From: Veleropilina oligotropha
Lineage: Eukaryota
Assembly: GCA_048128005.1 (NCBI GenBank)
Contig: JBEUKZ010000071.1
Span: forward strand, 372,001 to 436,000
DNA: 64,000 nt
Direction: 5' to 3'
Shown: in pieces, positions 38,313 through 48,229 of the stretch
Position numbering within the stretch: position 1 is the first letter of the stretch
Layout of the letters: each line of letters starts with the position of its first letter
Position numbers and translations under genes: made by a program
The notes under the pieces: generated by a model
The model's database searches: none
The model's input: only the letters and a program-made list of their open reading frames with translations
What the model was told of the DNA's origin: nothing

Positions 38313-39086
38313 ATGTCGGACGCGGTATACATATTCTGTGCTTGCAGCCAGGGCCTGATGTTGCTGTTGCAGGTAGCATTGTGGTCCTGGCTGTACGGCT
38401 ATATTAGACCGGTGCGGAGATGTTTGAGACGCTTAAGGATGGACAGCCTCATCGATCAACTCATGGATGACGAACAAGAAACGACCATCACCGGCCATCG
38501 CTCGACGACCGATGGCAAGGAACCTGTCAGTACCAGTGGAGTCGCAGGTTCCGAAGGCACGGCAAAAAAACGGGAGAGGCTTGCCGCGTTAGCCGTTGGA
38601 GGGGCCCACAGATACTTGGGGCAAAAGCTCACGGTGGACCGGATCGACGACATGTCCGATGAAGAGGTCGAAAAGCACCACGCGAGGTATGAAGCGAAAC
38701 TCGGTGCCGAGGTGACGAAGACTCTGGGGACTTCCGCTATTCATCTCTACGCGGGGGCGGCTGGGATGCTCTTGCCCATTCCACCAGCAAACCAGCTACG
38801 ACTGATCGCCGACATGGAGGCCGACCCATTCATCTCACATGCCCTGACCACTGCAAGCTGTGAGCTGTATTATAAATATGGCATGTACCTCGCACCGCTG
38901 ACCGCGGCGCTGACCACGGCTAAGCACTGCCGATTTGGACACGTCTGCCCGCCCAAAATATCGCGAGAGCGAGATCAAGATGACGACGCCAGAAACGGAC
39001 CAGCCGATAGAGAGGGTGACCCAGCCGATAGAGAGGGTGACCCAGCCGATAGAGAGGGTGACCTCTTCTTCGGGGAAGGACCCTAA
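38313..39086 (+). CDS. Hypothetical viral protein, 257 aa
   Basis: Intact ORF in the + strand gene block; the true start may be the internal MDSLIDQ. Confidence 0.7.
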   Translation: MSDAVYIFCACSQGLMLLLQVALWSWLYGYIRPVRRCLRRLRMDSLIDQLMDDEQETTITGHRSTTDGKEPVSTSGVAGSEGTAKKRERLAALAVGGAHRYLGQKLTVDRIDDMSDEEVEKHHARYEAKLGAEVTKTLGTSAIHLYAGAAGMLLPIPPANQLRLIADMEADPFISHALTTASCELYYKYGMYLAPLTAALTTAKHCRFGHVCPPKISRERDQDDDARNGPADREGDPADREGDPADREGDLFFGEGP

Positions 39087-39492
39087 GAAGGTGGCAGCAG
39101 GGAGGGCCGGAGCTGCTGCGAGGAAGGTCAAGCAGGAGAGGCTTCTTGCCGAGGTAAGAAAACTTAAGGAAGACACCCGCACAGTTCCAGAACTACCGGA
39201 GGTACAGCCCCAACAACAAAAACACAGTGGTGCCCCCCCCGGCGCGGGCGGCCGAGATGACCGCGGTCGAAAACGACGTTCGCACGGGCCGGAAATCGGA
39301 CCTCCCCCCACCCCAGCATTTAATTGGACCTATGGACTCTTCGCTGCAGGCGGGGTTGCGTTGCTATTTGTTGTCTGGATACGCAGCAGTGCTCCATCCA
39401 CACCACATCAACAGCCGCCAGCACCGGCGAGGCAGCCCACCCCAACCACCACCGAATTGAAGAATGAGCACAACCCGTTCCATATGCGATAG
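38980..39492 (+). CDS. Basic/Pro-rich protein with one transmembrane helix
   Basis: KDPKKVAAGRAGAAARK motif; TM YGLFAAGGVALLFVVWI. The C-terminus NPFHM is also present in copy 2 (~63854-63880). Confidence 0.75.
   Translation: MTTPETDQPIERVTQPIERVTQPIERVTSSSGKDPKKVAAGRAGAAARKVKQERLLAEVRKLKEDTRTVPELPEVQPQQQKHSGAPPGAGGRDDRGRKRRSHGPEIGPPPTPAFNWTYGLFAAGGVALLFVVWIRSSAPSTPHQQPPAPARQPTPTTTELKNEHNPFHMR
38999..39063. repeat. 21-bp x3 repeat within the overlap of two ORFs
   Basis: (ACCAGCCGATAGAGAGGGTGA-like)x3, read as PADREGD in one frame and QPIERVT in the other. Confidence 0.9.
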
Positions 39493-39504
39493 TCTCAGTA
39501 CAAC

Positions 39505-39744
39505 ATGACTACCCTGATTACTGATGGAAAAATGCTTGGCAACGCCGTCTATCACTCGGCTATCGTGTCCGGCCTCGCCATAGGCTACGCACGCCTGATA
39601 AAGATGGCCTTCAAGGGGGCGAGCCCCAAGCTGGACTTCACCGGTTACGATGTCTGGATGGTGGTCCTCGACGTAGCGCTCGCCATGGCGACGAAAGATA
39701 TGCTGATCAAGCAGGGCATCATACCAGCCGACGTTTTGAAGTAG
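39505..39744 (+). CDS. Small hydrophobic protein, 79 aa
   Basis: Full-length and in frame in copy 2 (63578-63817), with many synonymous differences. Confidence 0.88.
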   Translation: MTTLITDGKMLGNAVYHSAIVSGLAIGYARLIKMAFKGASPKLDFTGYDVWMVVLDVALAMATKDMLIKQGIIPADVLK

Positions 39745-39774
39745 TGGGACCTGCTAGATAATCGCAGCATTTCA

Positions 39775-40203
39775 ATGGCTTCCATTGCGATGCTGGTTGT
39801 GGGCGCTCTCGTCAACGCCCTCGCCTTCAGTGGGTCCAACTTCCTCTTCTCGAAGCTACGCAGCTCCGGTGTTGATGAGGAGCGTAAACGCCACGACAAA
39901 GCCGTAGAACAGGTCAACGCTGCTCAGACTAAATGGTCCCAGAAGCGGGCAGAGCGTCTCGATTGGCTGAACGTTGAACTTCGCCGCCAGGGTCACGCTG
40001 TTGGCACATTCCGGGATGTTGACGCCGCGATCCGTGAGTATGCCTTGATCACCGGCAAGAACCTTGACCCCGGCCTGGGAGGTGGCCCTGAGCCCGCCCT
40101 GTCCGACTACTACACGCCGAGTGATGGCCAGAAGGGACATGAGATCACCTTCGTGATCCTGGGGATGGCTGCGACCGGGTTGGTAGCCTACAAGCTCGCC
40201 TAA
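39775..40203 (+). CDS. 142-aa protein with N- and C-terminal hydrophobic segments
   Basis: Same length and frame in copy 2 (63118-63546). Confidence 0.88.
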   Translation: MASIAMLVVGALVNALAFSGSNFLFSKLRSSGVDEERKRHDKAVEQVNAAQTKWSQKRAERLDWLNVELRRQGHAVGTFRDVDAAIREYALITGKNLDPGLGGGPEPALSDYYTPSDGQKGHEITFVILGMAATGLVAYKLA

Positions 40204-40242
40204 TTATTTCCATGTTTGGACATTTTTTCGTGTGCCTATATA

Positions 40243-40533
40243 ATGGGGCTCCCAGAAGAGCTGTACTGCGCCATGCTTGCGGTCAGCGGGGTGGGCCTTG
40301 GTACTACGTCACTCGACTGTTGGCGGCGCAACGAAAAGACTATGGTGCGGTTCGCAGTCCTGGTGCTCTCGGGCCCGACCAACCTTCGGGCGACGACTGC
40401 GCAGCGACCGGCTCCGGAAGCTGAAGCCTGTTGGAGACTGATCACGTTGCTGGAATACATTGCCAGTCTCGATGGCAGCGAAGACCGGCAAAAGAACTCG
40501 AGGGCGCGGAATGGACCGGAAGCTTGCAAATAG
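40243..40533 (+). CDS. Hypothetical small protein
   Basis: MGLPEELYCAML... is conserved in copy 2 (62855-63076) with in-frame indels. Confidence 0.65.
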   Translation: MGLPEELYCAMLAVSGVGLGTTSLDCWRRNEKTMVRFAVLVLSGPTNLRATTAQRPAPEAEACWRLITLLEYIASLDGSEDRQKNSRARNGPEACK

Positions 40534-41509
40534 CTACTATAGCCCCCGAGGCTACTGGAAAGGGATCTCCGCGATAAAACATCTCTCGGCCGCAGTAGAT
40601 GTCTCTGAAGACGTGGCCCGGGATTGGCTGAAGAAGCAGGCCATCTGGCAAATCTATTTACCTGCGCCACGGCGGATTTCAAGACCAAAATTCGACGTCG
40701 AAACGCCGAACGAGGTTCACCAAGCCGATCTCCTGTTTCTCCCACACGACAAGGTCGGTCGTAAAACATACAAGTACGCTCTGACTGTGGTTGATGTGGC
40801 CAGTCGCTATAAAGAAGCTGAGCCATTGGCCACAAAAGAGGCCAAAGGGGTTGCTGAAGCTCTGTCTCGAATCTACAGGCGGAGTCCTCTTAGCTGGCCG
40901 AAATTGCTTCAGGTTGATCCAGGGCGGGAGTTTATGGGCGCGGTCTCCCAGCTGCTGGCAAATAATAATGTCGAGGTTAGGCGTGGCCGTGTGGATCTCC
41001 ATCGCGATCAAGGGATCGTGGAGCGCTTCAACCGGACGCTCGCTGAGCGGCTCTTCGGGCACCAGTATGCAACAGAGATGCGGTTTGCAGAGTCTGCGAA
41101 AGAGGGTCAAAGGTCAACTGAGTGGGTCGCCAGGCTGCCCGCCGTAGTTGCGGCCTTGAATGGGGAAGTGACCCGCCTCACCGGTAAAAAGCCAAAGGAT
41201 GCCATTAAGGCACCTCGCATTGCCCAAAAGCCCTCTTCCACTGTTCCAGACCGACAGGGGAAGGAACAGAAACTCCCCTCTGACGTAGATGTTCGATACC
41301 TATACCAACCCGGTGAGTTGGAGGGTGGTCGCCGGCGAGCGACTGACCCAGTGTGGTCTTTGACGGTTCACCGGCTTGGACGCTCTGTCACTAAGCCTGA
41401 CGAGCCTGTGCTCTACTACTTGCTCGATGGACCACCGCGTGGGTTTGTTCGAGAGGAACTTCTCGTGGTGCCTCGTGACACCCAGCTGCCGCCGGTTCTC
41501 AGGCGTTAA
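40511..41509 (+). CDS. Retroviral-type (rve) DDE integrase, 332 aa
   Basis: HQADL (D), VVDVASRY, LQVDPGREF (D) and GIVERFNRTL (E). Confidence 0.95.
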   Translation: MDRKLANSYYSPRGYWKGISAIKHLSAAVDVSEDVARDWLKKQAIWQIYLPAPRRISRPKFDVETPNEVHQADLLFLPHDKVGRKTYKYALTVVDVASRYKEAEPLATKEAKGVAEALSRIYRRSPLSWPKLLQVDPGREFMGAVSQLLANNNVEVRRGRVDLHRDQGIVERFNRTLAERLFGHQYATEMRFAESAKEGQRSTEWVARLPAVVAALNGEVTRLTGKKPKDAIKAPRIAQKPSSTVPDRQGKEQKLPSDVDVRYLYQPGELEGGRRRATDPVWSLTVHRLGRSVTKPDEPVLYYLLDGPPRGFVREELLVVPRDTQLPPVLRR

Positions 41510-44500
41510 CAACCGCAAATCCTCTTTTTCGGTTACATTCAAGGCACGTTAAGCGCACGTTGTCGCGGATGTGGCCCCTGCTGTTGTCCACACGGTCGAC
41601 ACTGAACTGCTGTGTGTCTTTGGGCTGGTAGGCCCAGAGCAGCTCTATGTTGCATGCTGCGCATCGGTTGTTTTGGGCTTCTTTGAGCTGCAGGATGTCG
41701 TCGACCTTGAGGTTAAATCCCTGGAGATCCTTGGCCTGGTCCTGGCGTTTGTATGCCACAAGCTTTTTCTGGATGGTCTTTCGAACCTGCTGCTTGCTCT
41801 GCTGCGCTTGGGGGGGCCTGTCCTCAGCACCCTCATCCGGAGGACAGGTTACCCGTTCGAGCTGATGCAGATGCTCCACCCGGGACACTGCTAGGTAGGC
41901 GAGATTACTCCACTGAAGGTAGTCATCGATGATCCAGACTCTCTGTGGGTCGTGAATCGTAAGACCCTGGCTCGAATGGATGGTGAGAGCATATCCCAGG
42001 CGCCAATCCGTGGTCTGAATAGCCTGCTCAGCGGCGTCAATGGTGACCTCTACGACGTCGTTGAGAACTAGCTCCTCTCTTTCGTCGGTGCCCGGAATCG
42101 TTACCATGATGTTTTGCTTACGGGTGTCCCTGGGGTGGTACAGGATAGGTACCAGGGAGTCTGGGAAGTGCTCCTTGTGCCTCTGGAGCAACAGCTGTTG
42201 AGCCCGTTCGCGGACCTTCTGACGGCTGGTGAGGATTAGGTCGCCTGGCCTCCAGGTGTTGACGAACCGATCCCATCCAAGGCAGCTAGGGAGAGTCTTA
42301 CGCATTTCCCCGCACTGGACTTTGTCGGGCTGGAGGCGGATACGTCTTTTCAGGGCTTGGAGGGCAGGGTCGTCTTTCGCCCGATAGTCTACTTCGATCT
42401 CTTCATAGTAGTCCGCGGTCTCTTGCAGCCAATCGTGCGGCATCTCGCCCGTAATCGGTGGTGGCTGGCCTTGATCGCCACAGCAGATAACCTGAACTTC
42501 GTGCTGGCCCAGCCAGTCCAAGAACATCTCGAGGATAGGCCGGGGAACTGTGCAGACCTCGTCCCAGATAATGACGCGGTGGATGAACTTCTGACCCATG
42601 CGGTCGGGTGTCCAGTCAGTCTGGCCGCTCCATCGGAAGAAACTGTGGTAGGTCTGGGCTTTGACACCTCTTTTTCGCATTTCTTTAGCGAGGCGGTGGG
42701 TTGGCGTGAACACCGTGGGATTTCTTGCCCGAAATAGTTCGATCGCTCTCGTGGTCTTGCCACAGCCCCCTCCACCGTTGAGGTAACTCAGGCGATGGTG
42801 GGTCAGCGTGTCATTGTAGCATGGCGCGGTGCTTGGCGGGAGGTCCTCGGACTGCGTGTACTCCGGCTTGGGCATGTATGCGGCATGTTCCTGTGGCATA
42901 TACAGCTGTTCGCCCGTGTCACGCCACTGGGCCGGTGCTACTGGCGGAAGGTACGTCTCCCCGAGCAGACAGGAGATGCACGATTTATCGCCACAGTCGC
43001 AGAGCTGGGGGGCAACGTACGCCTTGACATTGTCGAGCTTCTCCAACGAGGCCTTCTTGAGGTAGATGCTGTCAGTGGCCACTCGGACGGCTTCCTCAGG
43101 GGTGAAACGCTGAAGCATGCTCAAGAGGTTTATGTGGGCATAGGCCAACATGCTGGCCCTCAGGTGGGCGTACTGAGGCTGGGAGCCATCATAATACGTG
43201 ATGATGTGCCCCATAGGGCACCTTTGCGGTGCGCCGACCAGGGTACCGCTTTGGCGGGTGTCTCATACGAGGAAGTCCAGTTCTCCCTGGTCGGTCACCA
43301 GGCGCCGAGTCAATCTTTTTCCGTCTGCCTTGGCGCCTTGGGTGAATTTGCCGATAATGCTGCAGCCCTGGTCACGATCCAGAGGAAGCCAGACATCGGT
43401 CTGCTTTCTGAATGCGATGATGGCTTCTCGGATCTTGAGGCTTTTTAGCAGTCCAGATTCTATGAGGAAGACGAGCAGCGGGGTTGGTGCCCAGCTATTC
43501 TCTGCAAAGTGCTTGCCGAACCAGGCGGGAATGGTGGGGTGGATTTCTTGTGCAAACTCCCATTCCACGACCTCAGCAAAGCCAGTACCGATATCTTCGG
43601 GTAGAGGACCGTTAATTGCGACTCGAGTCATGCTGTGGGTTGGGTGTCCGAATCTTTCGAAGTACGGCTTAGCCTCGCCCTTCCCCTGAAAGCTAGCAGG
43701 GTAGCAGGCTTTCATATCGATGCAGCAGATATCTCTCGTGTCATAGCCCATGGAATTCCACAGGCCACCATGACCATGCTCGACGCAGGCCTTCTGGATG
43801 TCATCGAGCAGGCTGGCCGGGGTGGGTTTCCAGCCGTTGTTCTCTTTGGCCATAATGCTAGCTGCATGGTTCACGCCAAAGGCCCGATCGGCAAGAGCCT
43901 CGTTCCCCAGAGCCTTACAGGATTCTTGGAGTCTCTCGTGATCATCTTTTGTCCTGTACGTGCGGCCGTCCTGCAGCACGAACTGGTCCACGCCGAGCTG
44001 TCGGTCTTTACCGCCAAGGAGCCAAACAGCTAATGGCTCATTACGTGTGGCTTGTCGGATAGCTTCCCAGACATCGCCCTCATACAGGTGGACCTCGCGA
44101 GACTGCGGGAAGTGCAGCTCCTTGGACCAGGCGTGGCCGTTGTGGCAGATGAGTTCTACGTTTCTGAATGTATGGTTTCCTTGACCGCGGTATTTACCAG
44201 AGTTGTAGATGTCCGCACCGGCGATGTCTCTCAAGATAATCGCCCGTTTGAGGATCCGTTCAAGGCCAGCGATGTTCTCAACTGTAGCGCCTGTTTCGTG
44301 GACTCGCTCTTCCCACTCCTGTATTTTTCGTCTTCGTGTCGGAGTGAGTCCGTTTCCTCTCAGAGCACCTTCAAAGTGCTCAACCACTCTCTGGGCAACG
44401 CAGTTGAGGTCACCGTTTTTCATTGGTACCAGGTTGGCGGGGTTTGGTTCTCTGAGAGGGTAGAGGCCGTAGACGACTGCAGTGACCGGGTAGGCGTTCT

Positions 44501-45383
44501 CGTAGTAGACCTTGTCGACCCCAGTGATAGCACCCGGCTTAGTGTCCTGAGAGATCTCAAAGACGCCCTGGCCCTTCTTTCTCGCAGCCTTCACCGGGTC
44601 AAACTTGTCTTCGACCACCCAGTCGCCTTCATTCCACTCTCGCAAGAACTTTATTCTCACGACAAACTCGCCTTTTGGAAGGGCTGTGAGGAGCTGTACC
44701 GCCCTCGCATCTGTCATACGGGCATCCAGACCGTCGCCGATGTTCTCGACTTCTACCCTCCATGTGGAGAAGGCCGCCGCGGCGCCATCGACCTCAAACT
44801 CGTCTTTGGCGTCGTTCAAGAGTTCCACCCATGGCTCTTTTGCTGGGAGTCTTACTGGGGGAGGAGCCTGGTCATCCAGGTCGATGAATTGTTGCCCCTC
44901 TGTTGTGGTAAACAGCCCTAGAAGATCCTTCTGGTAGTCCTGGGCTGTCCGGGGCCTTTTGGAGAGGGGAATTGGGTCAAATTCCTCAACAACGGCCTTC
45001 CGTATTGCCCGGGCAAGGGTCTCTTTCCGAGACCTAGTCAGACCATGCAGGTGTGGCTTGACGATTCGATCGGTGATGGCACGAAGTGGCTTCTGTCGTA
45101 GCATGGGCGTCTTCTCAGCCTGGGATTCGTATTTACGGACCTTGAGGGCCACTTCGACCTCGTCCTTAATCTGCTGCAATTCGCGAGCACGACGGCCTCT
45201 TTTGTGGGGGTTCTCCACATCCCCACGTAAGGAGGGGAACCTTCCCGTTTTCATCACCCGCTCGAGTCTCCTCCGAAACTCGGCAGCACGGACCCCGGCT
45301 ATTGCCCTGATGAGGTCGTTCTTCTTGAGCTTCGACCGAGCGGGAAGCCCGTAATCTTTCGCTAAATTCCGCAGGTCATCCAT
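41499..45383 (-). pseudogene. PolB-like / SF1 helicase / HNH fusion replication protein with one premature stop
   Basis: The 706-aa and 571-aa ORFs are in the same frame, separated by TGA at 43263-43265 where copy 2 has AGA (Arg). Confidence 0.92.
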
Positions 45384-45430
45384 GTTGCTGGGTGGGTATA
45401 CACTAGGATTTCAGTTCTCTAATATGAAAT

Positions 45431-45724
45431 TTACGCGTGGTAAATTGCAGCCATACGGAGAAACTCTCTCTCGAAGGCTCGATTCTGTCGTCGCCAATCC
45501 CTAACGTTCGCAGTCAGATACCCACAGCCCTTACACAGCGTAAACCGGTTGAAAACGCCCTTCCCGCATTTGCTGCAGGGTTTTGTGCCCCGGCCATTTC
45601 GCCGTTGCCGAGCCAGGTGGACTTTGCAAAACTCTCTCAGGCATCTCTTACCACATAGCTCCGTGGAGCTGATGGTGAGCCATTGACAGGTGTCCGTTCC
45701 CCACATATTGATAGCGGATATCAT
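45431..45724 (-). CDS. Small Cys/His-rich zinc-binding protein, 97 aa
   Basis: C-x10-C-x3-C-x4-C-x2-H followed by CxxC-x10-CxxC; conserved in copy 2. Confidence 0.85.
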   Translation of the reverse strand: MISAINMWGTDTCQWLTISSTELCGKRCLREFCKVHLARQRRNGRGTKPCSKCGKGVFNRFTLCKGCGYLTANVRDWRRQNRAFEREFLRMAAIYHA

Positions 45725-45830
45725 CGCATATACCAGTCTCTAAATAGATTATGACACTAAACTATTGAGCCCGGGCCGGCGAGGGTTGCGGGCCGTCCCT
45801 ACGGGCTCTTACTACATACTACTATATCGG

Positions 45831-46023
45831 TCTGTACACACGGTGACTTTTTGTAATACAAGCCCTACCCTGGGGTCTGGAATAGGGCTGGGAGCCCCCA
45901 CGGCCGCCCCGGGCCCCTAGTCTAAACCCCCTAGTCCCCCCCAGTACTACCAGCTCAGTTCTGAAATAGTGCTGGTAGCCTTATTTTCCCATTCTAAAAA
46001 GTCTACTGACCCCCCCTGCTGCT
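45831..46023 (-). repeat. Right terminal inverted repeat of copy 1
   Basis: Ends ...CCCCCCCTGCTGCT, followed by the TSD CATAC. Confidence 0.95.
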
Positions 46024-46915
46024 CATACTGAGTGATTGAATCAAATGCAGACGTTCCTATTCCTAAATAAAAAATAATTTTATCATCCGTAAAAATTATC
46101 AGAATTAAATTCAGTATATTTAGTTTGTGTGTACTTAAATTCGTGCAATTTTACCACAAAAGAAATGGGTAGCAAGTGATGCTGACAACATGTAAACAGC
46201 ACTGAAATGGGTAGAAAATGATGCTGACAACATGTAAACAGCACTGAAATAGGTCAGCGCTAAATAAGCAAATTTGTTACAATATTCTAGTGACGTCACT
46301 TCGTTTTTATGATGCGGATAACAAAAATCGTTATAACTATTAAATTGTAAAACATATTTAAAGATGCACATATGAAATATGTAATTAAGTTACATATTGG
46401 TGTATTAGAATAACTAGAGACTAGAACGTATTCAACTAACACTTTAATTACCTCACACAGAGTGCATTCCAATTGACCTTGCTGGAGCACGGTTGCGTAG
46501 GTTTCTGCTCGTCAAGTAAGATAGCTTTCTACTTGACAATAATATATATAATAATTTCAATAAAAGTCTATCAATGTATCATTTGATCATATATCGATCA
46601 TATCTTCGCGAAATTTGTATCAATCTGCACGAACCGTGCGATCGAGGACGATCAGTCATGCTACACAGTCACGAAAAGAGCACATTTACTGGCAATAGTC
46701 TTTTTAATACTGTATTTGAAAATATGACATTACAAACTTGTTATTTATGATTCATGTAAATATATCCTTGATGGTTTCTTTTGCAGTTTGCCATTGAGTA
46801 ACGTAAGAGATAGGCACTATGTTCCTGAATTATGCATATCCACTATGTATTTTCATTTACAGCCTTTCTGACAATAATCGTAGCTCACCAAGAGTTGATT
46901 TTACGTATTTTTCAG

Positions 46916-47003
46916 GGTTCATCGCCATGCCGACTCGTTCTTCAGTACGTCTAGTGGATTCAATAACTATAGAGGGCTTCTGAATCTGTGCATTGTGTTG
47001 TTG
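46916..47003 (+). CDS. DGAT1: DGAT1 coding exon 2 (88 nt)
   Basis: TTTTTCAG acceptor; (P)VHRHADSFFSTSSGFNNYRGLLNLCIVLL matches the DGAT1 motif H..DSLFS..SGF.NYRG.LN; GTGAGT donor. Confidence 0.93.
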
Positions 47004-47263
47004 GTGAGTACGTCTAGTGGATTCAATAACTATAGAGGGCTTCTGAATCTGTGCATTGTGTTGTTGGTTAGTACGTCTAGTGGATTCAATAACTATAGAG
47101 GGCTTCTGAATCTGTGCATTGTGTTGTTGGTGAGTACGTCTAGTGGATTCAATAACTATAGAGGGCTTCTGAATCTGTGCATTGTGTTGTTGGTGAGTAC
47201 GTCTAGTGGATTCAATAACTATAGAGGGCTTCTGAATCTGTGCATTGTGTTGTTGGTGAGTAC
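46944..47263 (+). repeat. 63-bp x5 tandem repeat covering the 3' part of DGAT1 exon 2 and its splice donor
   Basis: Units start at 46944, 47007, 47070, 47133 and 47196; one substitution (GTTAGT) in unit 2. Confidence 0.97.
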
Positions 47264-48229
47264 ACCCAATTTATCGACGGTTGCTCGATATGTGTGTCAT
47301 GTCAGTACACCAAACCGCTGCATGGGGTTTGTTCAATTATAATGTATTATTATTTATTTATTTTTTTTATCATATTCTTGATAAATACACCCGACTATCA
47401 GTCACCTGGTAGTGTATATATTGTGAACAAGAAGACAGAGCCATCAATATCCCCTGCAATGGTACATTCACAATTAATATATATACTTTATGTTCTGTAA
47501 CTCTTTGGCAGCGAATAGGGTCCAAAACGACCCTGTTATACATATGTATTAGCAGAAATGAATATTTGTATAAATTGTTTCCGGACATGCGTAACTACCT
47601 AGAACATGTGTCAGCTAAGAAAAATTGGTCAATTGGTTTTGTTTACTATCATATTTTACGATGTTTAGCTACTATAAAGTTTGTTGATATCATTTGGAGA
47701 TCAGCTGATGGGAGTTAGAACTTATCGCAAGCTATAACATTGGCTGTACACCATGACTGTCCGTGAAAAGCAGTAAAATAACGTCAAAGCATGAAGAACA
47801 CAGCAATGTGTCGAAGAAATAGGTCAACACAACATGACAGGCTCTTGGAAGGACAGGGCCTTGTAGCCACGCCCCCTCACCTACAGCTGATACTAGTATC
47901 GTGTTGATGTTATTTTTCAGCGAATATCAATGAATAATTCGATACACAGAAAATGAAAAATATTTTATGATATAAAAGACACTTATTTAGTAATTGTGAA
48001 CTACTAATTGCATGTAACATTTGATTGGACACTGATATAGCTGTTTTTGCATTGGTGCACTTGGCCTATTTGCATGACGTCATGGCTACGGAAATGCATT
48101 TAGTGTAACCCAGCTTGACATTTTCCCATCAAGCATGTCAAGGCAATAATAATTATAACTTCTAACTTAGTCATATTATTGCTTGTGACTATTTACTGCA
48201 ATATATATATGCACATGTACCCACACATA

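Larger units (their letters stand above)
30660..46023. mobile_element. Complete Polinton/Maverick-like endogenous DNA virus (copy 1), 15,364 bp
   Basis: 193-bp TIRs, AG...CT termini, 5-bp TSD CATAC (30655-30659, 46024-46028), a sharp rise in GC content, and densely packed ORFs for capsid, ATPase, integrase and replication proteins. Confidence 0.95.

Noticed and set aside
41571..45354. Many 60-290 aa antisense or alternative-frame ORFs over the viral genes (also 58056-62511)
   Set aside because: Shadow ORFs expected in GC-rich coding DNA; their boundaries are not consistently shared between copies and they have no motifs.
46995..47342. Stand-alone 115-aa repeat protein
   Set aside because: Read-through of the duplicated DGAT1 exon end into the intron; no ATG start.
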